Notes: a model not told the origin generated them from the letters alone. A DNA stretch of 64,000 nt from Takakia lepidozioides (GCA_030704615.1 CM060733.1:53134001-53198000); one strand, 5' to 3'; positions 12,521 to 26,105 are shown, counted from the first letter of the stretch. Numbers and translations: made by a program.

Positions 12521-13308
12521 CAGTGTTGTACCAATATGAAAATTTGCGCATACCAGACTAGTACTGGTATTGAATTATGGACTAAATTTGAGATATGGCA
12601 GGTCTGATATTAGATTAATTTAAAAAAATTAGATATTGGACTGGTATAAATAAATAGAAGTGAGTAGTTTTGTTTGATCTGGTATAAATATAGAGTAGTT
12701 GTTTGGGTGATACCAGTGATACATATATCCGGGTTTGGTATTAAATAAGATCATTGCAGATCTTAAAATAATAAGAGCAAATTTGTTGTAACAAAATCCC
12801 TGAATAGATATTTTAAATCAAAGAAGTATTTTCTTGAAGTCACCATAAATACAAATGTAAGTGCCTCTAGAACAATTGAGTGGTTGCAGAAATGATTCAA
12901 TTTTAATGGAATCAATCCCATTAGTAGCAGGCTAAGAAGTCTAATCTCCCAAGTCATCAAAATATCCAGCCTCTTGCCATTCATCTTCATGATCCTCAAC
13001 CAAATCAGCCTCTGCAGTAAAATTTACAGCCACTACACTGGACATTGAAGAAGCGGCCCCCCCCCCACCTATGCTATACAGCAAATACTCGAGGGACTTC
13101 GCCACACCGAGGGGGGAGTACTGGTATCTACAAGGGTATGACATAATGAATACCATACTGGTATGGTAGAAGCCAGGGTATTAATTTGGGACTTTATTGG
13201 GGGCAACTTGTGCATATCTTGGTTGATATCAGGCTGGTGGGGTCCTTGATACCATTGCATATACCTCTGCACATACCAGGGAATGCCCTATATACCGGTA
13301 CAACACTG
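12521..13308. mobile_element. Non-autonomous hAT DNA transposon (788 bp)
   Basis: TIR CAGTGTTGTACC...GGTACAACACTG; perfect 8-bp TSD GTTTGGAC at 12513-12520 and 13309-13316; ACCAGT/ACTGGT subterminal repeats; acidic transposase-tail-like remnant on - strand (~12941-13030). Confidence 0.92.
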
Positions 13309-14730
13309 GTTTGGACAGGGGTGCGAGAAAAGGGGGAAGTGTTGGATGATCGTGATGGAATGAACACTGAATGGATGGAAGATGTGGAAAAATCATCCAT
13401 TCAGTGCAGAGATAAATAATAGATGCAGAAAATAATTTCATTCATTGAATAAATTGAAGGGTCAAGGAATGTGCATGCTACAAGACTGGTAAGAACTAAG
13501 AACCCATAATAAGTAAAATTAAAGAGCTGGTAGATTTAATTGATAGATGTCACCAAGTTGTCTTGTCATACATCTACACATATATGCATTTGAAGAAAAA
13601 TCAACACTTTTTTAACAGTCATTTAGTAAAGGAGGGAGTAAAAAGAACATCATAACATCTTAACTTAACACTTGCTTTGTAAAATCTTCAGGAGTAAAAA
13701 AATGATAACAGATAAAGAGGGTTACCAGATATGGAGGGAACATTTATGGAGGATAGACTCCAGCCATACTACATCTGAGGTCGAAAAAAAAACCACTGGT
13801 TTTGAGTGAAAAGGTGGCCAAGAGGTGCAGATGAAAAAAGCTGTTGGACCCTTACGGAACTACTGGTTGATGTTCTGACTGATTGATAGTTGTGGCTAGT
13901 CCTATTGGAGAGATTCCATTGTTCTTCCTCCTGCACACTCTCCACCCTCTATTACCCAGGGATCTGCTTCAAATCCAAGCAAAATCGAGTCTTGGGAAGG
14001 AGACAAACATTTTGCAATTTGTGTCATCCGCATGAAGGTTGCTCATGGTACAGAGTTCTGTTGTCCCGTTCAAAGTTTGGATTCCTTTTTGATAGTTTGG
14101 AGCTTCCAATACTGAGGTGACAGAGATGCAAGCTGCAGTTGAGAGAGAACAAAATATTGACAGCATCTTGCAATCACACATCCTTTACAACCACCTCTGT
14201 ACCTCAAATACACATTTGCAACACATCAACTATGTATTGCTTAGGTTGCTTTATCAGTACTACAAACATCATCCTCAATACACCCCAAACTATTTCACAA
14301 TTGGAAGTGGTGAACTTGTGCTCAAAATTTTGGAAACTGTTTTAGTTCCAGTCATACAGAAACCCACGTCTATGTCGCCGTAGACTTTTTCCTCGTTAAT
14401 TCCTCTGATCAGGAAGTGAAACAAGACATGATGGGCAGAGTGACAGCCTAGCCACCTTGGCCACAACAAAGCTGTTGTAGGAGAGCCATCCCATGTGCAC
14501 TGGCTAGGCTTTTGTCAGGAAAGTATGCACTGTGAGGCTATATGCAATGTACTACACAAGTGTCTGGGATCAATGTTGTGTCCTACTTAGCAGAAAACTT
14601 CAACCCAACTTTTACAGAAACAAGGTATATAATACATACAGAGCAGAATATTAACTTATCAAAGGTCACACTCAACTCAGCCATGTGACTTATGGAAACA
14701 CATTTGAGTTGTAGGCTTGGTGCCAGGGTG

Positions 14731-17700
14731 CTAGGCAAGGGGGACCAGAGGAGGTAGCAAGGCGGAGAAGCCACTGTCAAGCTCCTCATACTTCTGCACA
14801 AATGGGTGATTCTGCCATACCATTAACCATGTCAGCATTGTCCCCTCAAGAATGCAGCTAGGATCCTATTTAGTAACTTGCATTGGATGTTCAGTACATA
14901 CAGACCTAATGATTGCAACCATGGGTTGTAGTGTCCAGATGGACCATGAATATGTTATGCGATAGGTTGTAAGGCACTGGGCAGACCAGCCACAAATGCT
15001 TCACTCGCTGGATGACCTGACCCTTGTCACTGCAGCTGTAAATTTGATGTTAAGATGTAAGTCTGCTGATATTTCAAACATAAGTAACTTGCAAAGGATA
15101 GATGCTAGAAATTGACAACTTACCAAAAGATCTGCAGCTGATGGCCGGTCCCTAGGTTCCTTCTGGACGCTGTCACATGCAACAACTTCTTCATGAAGAA
15201 CTCTCTTGGTCAAACTAATTAGTGACTTCAGATGCAGAGGTAGACTCCTTGGCACTTACGTACAATCAGTACTGTTAACACTGGGACTCCTTGCTCCAAC
15301 CCATCCATCTATGGTCCATGCCAAAACATCATGCTCAGATATCATACATTATCCAAAGAACCAATAAAACTGTTCTGTGAGGACTCCATAGACAAACAAG
15401 ATTCTGACTCCTGGCCCATGGAGCATACATTGATGATAGAAGCTCACCAGGCCGAAATGAAAGAGCAAAACTCAGGGGAAAATTTGTCAGATGGAGCCAC
15501 GGGTGGTGGTTGGTCAACAATTGTTTCCAGGAGCTCATAGAAGTTGAGCCAGCCCTCATCCTTGCCAGATGGCTGGTAGGGGAACCTCCCCAGAGCACAC
15601 TCCAGCAGCGTCAACCCCAGACTCCAAATGTCACTGTCATATCCATACGTACTTCCACTTATACGTTCTGGCTGCATATTCATCATGCGACATGGGCAGA
15701 GTCTTCTTTCTCAGAAGTCATGGACCTAAGAGTAGACTAGAGCCTAACTATTGGCCAACATTAGTGCAGGTGTCCATTCAGTTATAGCACTAGATTTACA
15801 GCAAGAACTTGTAGTTGTTGAGGGCAATAGGTGAACATGGAGTATCAATGGACAACTAGCTTGAGGTAGGATTAACAAGCCCTCGAAATATTTACATATA
15901 TAAAAAAATCACACCTTACAAAAATGGCACAACTCTAATTGGCAACCTGCCAGTCCTGCCCAGCATACATATGAAGTGATGCATGCCAGAGAACGTGTGA
16001 ATGATGGTCTTTCCAACTGTAGGGGTACTGGGAGGTGAACAGCTTCTACCAGCTGTAAGCCCGAAATGTGGTTGCCCAATCCTTCCCCAAATGACTTAAA
16101 AAGCCCCGAGGTACCCACAACATTGGGTGACCAGTTTCACCAATGCACCCCTTTTTATAGCTGGGTTAGCTATAATGTGTTACCTTCAACATACACTGAT
16201 GTGGATTTGGACCCAAGACAACTTACAAGGATGGCCTTGTGCCTTTAACACTAGACCATCAGTTAGGTGCTTCCCATCGAGTATCCACTACACTGTTATC
16301 AAGGCAGAGAGAAGGATGGCCTTGAATTTACCAATGCAATCAAGCACGTCATCCATCACAGTGCACAGGCTAAATACAGGCCTCAACCCAGGCAACACCC
16401 CTACATAACCCACACGTCCTCCAACCATTGCCCAAAGTAGAAAGCAAACAGAGATCACGGACTGAAAACACACCGACATATATGTGTATGTGCCAACGAA
16501 AGTGTCGCGCTGTCCCATTGAATTGGCCAGCACGGCGCTGACCCCAAAATCGGAGATCTTCACTTCACCCTTGTGGTTAACCAGCAGATTGGAGGGCTTT
16601 ATATCCCGGTGGATGATATGTCGGTCTTGATGGAGATACATCAACCCATGTAACACCTGCCCATCCCCATTTGAGTTAACAGAGTTGGGAATAGTCAGAT
16701 TGGGTCTGTTCTCCAATGTACCAAAATTCTAAGAAGCATATAAATGTTCACCCTGCAGCAAGTCTTCTAGCCCTGGCCATTGCATGCGAGGGATGGTCAT
16801 CTAAAATAACAAAAACTTATTCGCAACATATACGCAAACACTTGGCACTTCCTACTGATGAATATTCTGAGAGAAGACTGCAAATCTGGACTAAAGCAAA
16901 TACACAAAGCAAAGATGCACTCCAACCTTCAACCACGTGAAAGAAACTGTGCAACATGAAACGGAGACATTGTACAGCTGTTGTGGTATGCCTAACTGCA
17001 TACAAACATGCAGCAGCTGTCCCCAGCATAATTTTCAGTATAATCCCCAGAACTACTGCTTGTGAAACTTCCCTCTTGGTCAATTGAATTCTCCAGCAAT
17101 CAAATCACCCGCAGGACCTCACAAGCTACCAGCCCAACACCCCTACTTTCCTATCCCCTCCTTTTCAAGTGTACATGTGCCTCCTTGAACACATGTTTTT
17201 CAATCTTTTCCTGTCACAGGTGGAAGATGCTCACTTGCTTGCTAATAAGAGCCAAATAAGGCTCAGGAATCTGCCTGACTTGCTTGATGATGTCAGCAAG
17301 CGAGCCTCCATCCATGTACTCCAGCACAATAGAGATGACACCATTGTTGTAGAAAGAATGGTAGCAAACCACAACATATGGACACTGTGATGACTGGTTT
17401 ATCTTAAGCTCCTGCACAATTTGCTTCCGCACAGTCTCCTGGATGTTCATCTGGATCACCTGCACCCTTGCAGATTCACCATTAGTCTCAGTTGCCAAAC
17501 ATTACAGACAGCCCAAGTCACCCTTTCTCACTCTGCACCTAGTGTATCTCCCTGTCCTCTAGGAAGCCTATTGCCATTGGGTGGACTTGATACGGGAGTA
17601 CATTAATGTCTCTGTGACTAAATGCCGGCCTTGTGACCTTGTGTCCTTGTTTGTTTCAACCTGAAGCGCTTTGCTCCAGGTAAGGTAGTGCATTGGATTT

Positions 17701-20700
17701 AGTTGGAAAGCTTGGGGCCTTTCCCTCTTTAGAATATGCCTACATGGGCCATTCCCTGCAACTCCCTGGAGTGTGATCTCTGAATGGTAACAAGCGGACC
17801 CCTACCGCTTGGGGGCAGCCCCTCCGCCCAAATTGGGCAGTCGTATGCTCTGTCTAGCATACTTGGCACTTGGGCTCGGGTTGGTTCCGCTTAAACTTAT
17901 AGCCTGCGACAACAATCAAAATTTTAGCTCCTATCAACATCAACACTCCTCAGGGTGATTCCTGGGAATTGGTTACTTATGCCAAATCTAGGGCTTCATG
18001 TGTAGTTTTTGGGGTGAATCCCAGGATGGACGATGTGTCCTTTAAAACTACATGCTCTAGCTTAGGCTTGGATTTCATGGCTAATGGTTCCATCTCGAGA
18101 CTTGATAACAGGGGTACGTTGAAGGTTGCAATGACCAAAAGTGCTTCTAATAGAGTCCCACATCAATTCAATCTCAAAGAAGTTCGTCCCTTGACTGGCT
18201 TGAGAGTGGTCTTAGACATTGGTGATTCAATGGGGCGCTCTAGGAAAAACCAAGGGCAAGGACTTCAACTTGAGAGTTTCTAATCGGTTTGATGCTCTGG
18301 ATGAGGTTGAATCCAAACAGCCAGAAGGACAAGATGCCCCGAAGTGTACGGAACCTGAACGTCCTGAATCTGAAGGATTTGGTACTCTGAATGGTTTACC
18401 AATCCTCAAGGTTTACAAAAGACGAGCAAATTCTATACACGGGGAAATTGTCCCCAAGCCGTCAGATGGACAATCTGTCCCTTAGTGTGCAGAGCCTGAA
18501 AGTCGTGTAACTGAAGGATTTGGTACTCTAAATGGTTTACCAATCCTCAAAGTCTACACAAGACGAGCAAATTCTATACACGGGGTAATTGTCCCCAAGC
18601 AGTCAGACGGACAATCTGTCCCTAAGTGTGCGGAGCCTGTGCGTCGTGTAACTGAAGGATTTGGTACCCTGAATGGTTTACCATTTCTCAAAGTTTACAC
18701 AAGACGAGCAAAATCTACACACGGGGTAACTGTCCCCCCTTTGCAGAACGGTTGGCCGTCCAGGAGCAATCACAAGCTACCTAGACGACAAACAATTCAT
18801 ATGCAAAGGGCTGGCTTGCGGTTGGGTACTTTCAATTTCTCAGGGCTGACTAACCAAAGGAAACAACTCGAAGTGGCACAAGTTCTTCAGGCCAATAACA
18901 TTCATATTTGTGCTGGTCAGGAGACATGGGAAACTCCGGATAAATTGGTTGGACATGTCAATGGGTATAAGTGGACGGGTAAGATGTGTACTCTCAAGGC
19001 AGCCTCTGCCAAACGCGGCCAAAAAGGGGTTGGATTCTTTGTCCCCGATTTCTTGTTTGATAATTGTGAAATTATCAACAAGGGTTTGAGGTATAAGTAT
19101 AGTATCTGGCTAAAACTGAATCTGAAGGGCGAGAATACGAAGGACCTCTTTGTGGGTTGTGTATACATGCCCACAGAGGGGACCCTTAGTGTTGACGCAG
19201 ACAAAGCCTTCGAAGATGTAAAGCTGGACTGTGCTTCGTTCCTTGCCAAAGGTCAGGTGGTGCTATTGGGTGACTTCAATGCCCGGGTGGGCAAAGGGCT
19301 CCATCAGGACGATATCATTGGGCCTTTTGGTGAGGACGAGCTGAATTCTAATGGCAGACGGTTAATTAACTGTCTGGAAGAGCTTCAGCTTTTGACCTTG
19401 AATAATAGGACAAGAGGTGACCAAGTGCAGTGGACTCGTGAGAAATCCCAAACTGGGGAACGTTCCATTGTGGACTATATCATAATGGACAAAAATTTGT
19501 TTCCCCAGTGTGCCAATGTGTTGATCGACAGAACTGATATTCGTACCTCTGACCACTTCCTGGTTTGGACTGAGATCAAAAGGTGTTTTCCCAACACCAA
19601 GAGATCTGTGAAACGTTTGATTCGGAAGTGGCGCATAGAAAAATTCCATAATGAGGAGGTCAAGGCTGAGTACGTCCAGGCCTTGCAAGAGGCTCTCCCT
19701 CATTTTGTCCAATCGCTCCAAGAACTTCAGTCTCGCTCTGACAACGCAAGAAATGAAGTCGAAAGAGCAGTGGACTCTTGGGAGAGTTTCGTTTCCTCCG
19801 TGGCTGACAAGATCATTGGGAGGTAACTAATTGTCTGCGGTAGAGCTGTTAATTGGTGGACCAATGAGATTAAACTCAAGATAGCTGAGAGACGAGCCCT
19901 CTATAAAGAGTGCTGCAATTTGAAAACCAACAGAGAATTGTGGGCGAGGTACTACCAGCTCCGTAAAGATATCAATCAGCTTGTTAGGTCTCAGAAGAAA
20001 TTATACTGGTATACAGTGAAATAAAGTAAAACCACCATGGTGGTAATGACAAGAAATTCTGGTTGGCCCTTCAACATTTGTACAAGCCGAAAAACGGTCA
20101 GCAAGTACAAGCGCTGAAGACTACTAAAGGTGCAGTGGTGACTTCATCGGTTGACGTTGTCAAAACCTTTGAAACTCACTACAGTATCCTTGGCAGAACT
20201 TCTAGGTCTAACAGTGAGGGGTCTTCTGCTGAATGGAGGGACACAGTTGGAAAAACTGTTCCTATGATTCAAAACAGCCCTGATGAACTGGAGTATATTT
20301 CAATGGCTTATAACGCTCCCATTAGTTCTTCTGAGATTGTGGAAGCAATTGAACATTTAAATGGATATAAAGCTGGTGGACCTGATGGTACTGTCAACGA
20401 GCTTATCAAGCACAGTGGCGATCCCATGATAGAGGCCCTAGTTCTCCTCTTTAACCTTATCTGGAAGACTGAAATGATCCCCTTTCGCTGGCGACAGGGG
20501 GTCATTGTCAATCTATACAAGAAGGATGACAGAGAAGAACCGGGGAACTACCGTGGCATCACGCTCCTCAATGCTGTTGGCAAGACATTCTGCAGAGTTA
20601 TAAGTACTCGTCTCGAGGTTGATCTGGAGTCTAGAGGTTGTTTCCACGAAGGCCAAGCTGGCTTTCGGCGAAACAGGGGCTGTGTGGATCATATCTTCAC

Positions 20701-23700
20701 TCTTAAGCCAGATTATCCAGGGAAGGAAAAAAGAAGGGAAACCCACTTATGTTTTTTTCCTGGATGTCAAAAAGGCTTATGACACAGTGTAGAGAGATGG
20801 CCTATGGTTCCGCCTCTGGTCTTGTGGGATCAAGGGAAAGATGTGGAGAGTTGTCCACAACTTGTATGCTCACACCAAAAGCTGTGTCACTGTTAACGGA
20901 CAGAAGTCCAACTTCTTTGACATAGACCAAGGTGTAGCTCAAGGATGTACTCTCTCCCCTCTGCTCTTCAATGTTTTCATCAATCAACTCCTCGAGGATG
21001 TGGAAAGTGAGGGATTTGGGTTAAGGGTGGGTGATACCACCATGCCAGCCCCTATGTTTGCAGATGACTTCGCAGGCATAGGGGAGACTCCAACCAATCT
21101 CCAGGAGTTGATTGATTGCGCGAAGAGATACTTTGATCTTTGGGGGCTAGAGGCTAATTGCAGCAAATGTGCAGTGGTAGCATTCAACGACAGAGGAGAG
21201 GAGGAAGTGATCTTAAGTGGCAGTGGGGTAGCCAAGAGATCCCGGTCCTCCCTTCCTACACCTACCTGGGCGTTGAGTTTTCCTCCAACTGTAATTGGGA
21301 TGCACATATCCAGAAAGTTGTTCAAACTGGCAAGGTCAAAGCTCTGGGGCTCACTAAATTTTTCCACTGCAGAGGGGTCAACTCTGCGGTTAAGAAAACC
21401 ATGCTTTGTCGCGTTATTAGACCTGCCTTGGAGTACGGATCTGCAATATGGGTTGATAACTCCAACCAGGCTAAGTCTCTAGAATCCATTCAAGTGGGGG
21501 TGCTAAAGGAGTGTATGTCAGCATGCTCCAAAACAGCCAATGTGGCTGTTCGGGGTGAGTTTGGCATTCCGTCCTTAAGCTCCTGACGAGATGAATTCAA
21601 GGTCAGATGGTGGGGTCAGCTGCAACATATGTCCAACACCAGATATCCTAAGTTAATCGACTCTATATCTTGGAAACAGGACCGCCCTGTCAAACAGGCT
21701 AAGTCCTGGCAGAAGAGAGTAGAAGAGATTCTCAAGGACCTGGACCTGGATCCGCAAGTCTTGACTCTGCTGGATAAATCTGACTTAGAGGCTGTAGTCT
21801 GTTGCCATGAGATTGTCTGATGAAAATGAAGTTAGGCAGAAAACTTCCCTGAACTTGTTTCCAGTCAGTGACATGGGGGAGGACATCTTGGATGACCTCA
21901 AGGGTCTACCCACTTTCGGTACTAGACTGAAATTTAAACTCAGGGCAGGAAGCCTACCTTTGAACAGCAAACAGAAGCAGAGAGGAAAGGGAGAGTGCAA
22001 TTGTCCATTGTGTGGGCAATCTGAAGACAGTATTCATTTTCTGATACACTGTCCGGGGTTCTCTCACCAAAGAGACGCTCTCTTCAAATCTATCAAGGGA
22101 ATTGTGCCTGTACCCCTATTTACCAACTTTGAAAGTCTCGAGGCTGAGCCAAAAGCCCAGGCCCTCCTGAGGCCTAGTTTTTGGGCAAATCACACACAGC
22201 AGATTGATGCTTGTGTGAAGGGATTTCTAGAGGATATCTGGAAAACCCGGATTAATTCTATATATGAAGGTAAGTCTTACTACCAACGTCAGCCCCTGAC
22301 AGAGGTAGGTTCTGTCCCTTTTGTTCCCGCTCAAACTGGACGCGGGGTCAATGGCCACAAGGCTACGGCAAACAACGTCTTATGAGTACAATCTGCACCT
22401 AGTGTGCCTAGGGCCTGGCAGTGTGAAGCCACATAAGCCACATAGGGCTAGAGGTCTAGAGGAACAGTGTATGAATCCATCTCATGTTTGCTAGCATGAT
22501 ATCAGCACCAGACCTAAAAGCACCACTCGATCCCCTGTAAACGGATTGACCTCCAGCAGTATGTTGATTTTGGATTGAATCTCTTATAGCCTGGTGGGCT
22601 CAGACCCCACAACTGGAGCACTCAGAGGGACAGTTTGAAACTCACTACAGTACCCTTGGCAGAAATTCTAGGTCTAACAGTGAGGGGTCTTCCGAAGAAT
22701 GGAAGGACACAGTAGAAAAAACTGTTTCTATGATTCAAGACACCCCTGATGAACTGCAATACATTTCAATGCGTTAAAACACTCACATTAGTTCTTCTGA
22801 AATTGTGGAAGCAATTGAGCATTTAACGGTTATAAAGCTGGTGGACCTGATGGCATAGTCAATGAGCTTATCAAGCTGGGTGGTGACCCCATGGTAGAAG
22901 CCCTTGTACTTCTCTTTTGTCTTCTCTGGAGGACTGAAATGATCCCTTTCTGCTGGCGACAGCAGAGAAGAGCCAGATTCTCAATGCAGTTGGCAAGATA
23001 TTTTTAAGAGTTTTAAGTACTCATGTCGAGGTTGATCTGGAGTCTAGAGGTTGTTTCCATGAAGGCCAAGCTGGCTTTCGGAGAAACAGGGCTGCGTGGA
23101 TCCTATCTTCACTCTAAGCCAGATTATCCAGGGAAGGAAAAAAGAGGGGAAACCCACTTTTGTCTTCTTGGATGGCAAAAAGGCTTATGATAGTGTGGAG
23201 AGATGGTCTATTGCTCCAACTCTGGTCGTCTGGGATCAAGGGAAAGATGTGGAGAGTAGTCCATAACTTCTATGCTCACATCAAAAGCTGCGAAAGCCCA
23301 GGCCCTTTTGGGGTCTAGTTGAAGGGATTTCTAGAGATATCTGGAAAACTCAGATCAATTGTCTATTTCAAGGTAAGTCATACTACCTGAGTCAGCTCCT
23401 GACAAAGGTAGTTTCTGTTCCTTTGTGTTCTGCTCAAACTGGGCGTGGGGTCAATGGCCAGAAGGCTATGGCAAACGTCATATGAGTACATTCTATCCCT
23501 CCATTTCTCCTTCCAGTTTATGTGCTGTGACTAGTGCAACATGCATCCAAATTTCAGGTGGCCAGTCTGTGGTTGCCTCTGTATAGTGTATCTTTGAGTG
23601 TAACCACAGCTGCACATCTCACATTTTCTCCTACGTACTGGTCATTAAATCAACGTCATTATCTCTAGTTCTCATGTCAAGAGAGCTAGGGGAATTGTGT

Positions 23701-24781
23701 ACTCTGGTGGCTTAAAACCCCAAGGATCACTCCAGGAAGGTTGATGTCCTGTTGGGATTATGCTCTGAAGGAGATGTCATTGCAAATGTCCCCAGGAATT
23801 CCCCATAGGTAAACATCTTCCTGTCCCATAGCCATGAACTTTCATCCCAATTATCAAGAGATCACATGGGGAGAAGTCACTATACCTTCAATGCATATAT
23901 CTGATAGGTCCATTTGTGACGGACAAGTTGAACAACCCCGCCACTGCCCTTGCCTATAACTTTGACAGTCTCCAAGTCTGCCAGGGACATCTGCCCATCC
24001 GAGGCAGGCTGCAACCACACCCCATCACTCATGATCACTCTTCTCTGCAAGGAGGCATCCTGTTCTTCAACACTCCCAAACAATTGTCTGGATAAGAGGT
24101 CGGACCTCTTCCACATCTCCAGTCTGGAGAGAACCAGGCACACCGGCCGTGCATCACTTAGAGGCAAAAGTGCCCTGGGTGACGCATAACGACATTGAGA
24201 GAAATAACAACAAAAAATTTAATCCAGCATTTGTGGTCTCAGACCTCAACCACACTCGCCCCAAGAAAAAGGGACCACAACCAGACGCGAAACAAGAGGT
24301 AATACGAGGACATACACTTGGGGCGCGCTCCTGAGAAACCACCCGGAACCCTTCTTTGTTCAACATAATGTCGCCATCCTGAAATGTACCGCTGGCCGTC
24401 CTGCAAACCCCCACCCCAACGTTGCCCGATGCAAATCCACCTATTAGAATACGCCAATGCAGGCCCTTGGCGTCCCCAATGTCAACCACATCTTCCGTCA
24501 CAAGGGCACCGCACATTGCAGAGCTGTAGAAAAGGCCCCTATACTTCTCTCTATTCTTCTCCGATCACAAGTACAGATTGCGACCGGTTTCCAAGAGGAG
24601 GTCCATGCACAACGACTCTCGACAAAATAAAAGAGCCACCTTTACACCCAACACCTGCTTTCCAAGCCAAAGGCAGTCAGAAGAAACTCGCAGTGAAAAA
24701 GAAAACATACAGATATTCTGATATGGGAGTCTCCGGCTTGGGAACAGTGACTCTGAGCTGCTTGATCTCCTTGCCCCTCAT
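14731..24781 (-). CDS. MKK6: Mitogen-activated protein kinase kinase, group A (MKK6/NQK1-like), ~345 aa, 8 exons
   Basis: Exons 24781-24711, 24400-24316, 24008-23886, 17459-17235, 16656-16474, 15671-15448, 15169-15124, 14811-14731; all GT-AG and in phase. N-terminal docking motif [37 protein letters not shown], activation loop [18 protein letters not shown]. Confidence 0.95.
17546..22391 (+). mobile_element. Full-length non-LTR retrotransposon (APE-RT LINE, RTE/RTEX-like), decayed, antisense in MKK6 intron 3
   Basis: 14-bp TSD TCTGCACCTAGTGT at 17532-17545 and 22392-22405. APE motifs ([25 protein letters not shown]), RT motifs ([28 protein letters not shown]), C-terminal CPLC...HFLIHC finger. 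Several stops and frameshifts. Confidence 0.95.
18340..18740 (+). repeat. In-frame tandem repeat of a 141-bp (47-codon) unit, about 3 copies, in the LINE 5' coding region
   Basis: TGAAGGATTTGGTAC starts at 18371, 18512 and 18653 (period 141); encodes [21 protein letters not shown]. Confidence 0.9.
22634..23490 (+). mobile_element. Second, 5'-truncated and internally deleted copy of the same LINE family
   Basis: Aligns to ~20168-20885, then jumps to ~22152-22390 of the full copy; same terminus TATGAGTACA. Confidence 0.9.
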
Positions 24782-25620
24782 GATTCCCTCCCTCCGCCTC
24801 CACCACTTGCACCTGAACAATCGTCACTCACTCTCCGCACTGCGCCATCTTCACTTCCTCCACCTCCACACCTCTCCTCCCCCACCCCACAGCCCCCACA
24901 AAAGTCTTCCTGCAGCTCCGCCTACCTCCCAGCGATGGCAGCACGCCTGCTCGCTGGTCAGAGCTCCCCCTCCTTCGTCTTCTCTTCTTCCCTTCCCTTT
25001 CTCTGCAAACCAGTCATACTCTATTTTTTATTTTATTTTATTATATGTAATCTATTTTTTTAAGGAAAATGTTTCTATTTATTTAACGGTCAAGCTGGAC
25101 ATTTTGTCTGGCCCTTCAACACATTAAGCGGCCAAACAAGGCGATATTTTAATTTTACCTTTATTACTTTCTATCTATTTGTGATTTTATATATAATAGG
25201 TTTGTGTAATGTTATTAAAGTTATTATAATTGTGAAGTTCAGCTGGATATATGCTCCTCTAGGCTGAGTTTTGTGCTTATTTGAGGGGTCATAGGCGTTG
25301 TACCCTAGCGAGCGCGTGCTCAAAATCTGTAAAATTTCAGTCCTGGTGACCCCCTCCAAAAGGTCCCAGCCTGTCCGTCGTTTGACGGACTGAATTACTC
25401 ACCCACCCACGGGCGACTATTTAAACACTATACTACATCAGTTTGAACGGAATATGACGTCGGGCGATGACCTTGGGCCCTCCGGAATGGGAACTCTTCC
25501 ATCCCGACAGAAGGTGATCAAACGGATATGACTTGACATCAACAGGCGTCACCACCGTGAAAGTCGCAATAGCAAAATCCATTTCGTCGCAAGTGATAGA
25601 TTTCTTCGTCTACTAGATTT

Positions 25621-25780
25621 GCCCCTTTGTTCCTACATATATATATATGTGACGCCAGCCGGAGCTAGCGTAAATAAGAGCCTCTTCCCCTTGCGGGTCC
25701 TTTGTTCATATATATATGTCGCCAGCCGGAGCTAGCGTCAATAAGAGCCTCTTCCCTTGCGGGTCCTTTGTTCCTAGTTT
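25621..25780. repeat. Local ~70-bp tandem duplication in the MKK6/GS-like intergenic region
   Basis: CGCCAGCCGGAGCTAGCGT.AATAAGAGCCTCTTCCC(C)TTGCGGGTCCTTTGTTC occurs twice. Confidence 0.85.
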
Positions 25781-25879
25781 CTTGTGGACCAGTTCTTCGC
25801 TCCATATGCATCACAACTGCCTTCATGCAACGTTATTTTTTCTTGCCTTTTTCAAAACAATTGAGCGAACTTGGGAGAT

Positions 25880-26105
25880 TTTTCTTTAAATAAAAGTGGA
25901 CAGAGTCCCTCTGTATATATATGAATATATAAACTTTTTTAAATAATTTTTATTTCTTTCCAATTTCCTTAAAATAAAAGTGGATGGTGTCCTTCTGTAT
26001 ATATAAATTTCTTAAAATAATTTTCTACCTTTCCTTTTTCTTAAAATAAAAGGGGACGGAGCCTGTCTCTCTGTATATATAAACTTTTGTTAAATAATTT
26101 TTTAA
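25880..26105. repeat. Degenerate AT-rich tandem repeat, about 3 units
   Basis: AAATAAAAG(T/G)GGA...CTGTATATAT...AAATAATTTT recurs three times. Confidence 0.7.

Noticed and set aside
13600-14400. Exon-like pieces downstream of MKK6
   Set aside because: Stops in the plausible frames and no recognisable family.
24384-25127. 247-aa plus-strand ORF
   Set aside because: Antisense shadow of MKK6 exons 1-2 and its GA-rich 5' UTR; low complexity.
25170-25620. Possible Helitron (TCTAT...CTAG)
   Set aside because: No convincing subterminal hairpin, and the 3' flank is A rather than T.
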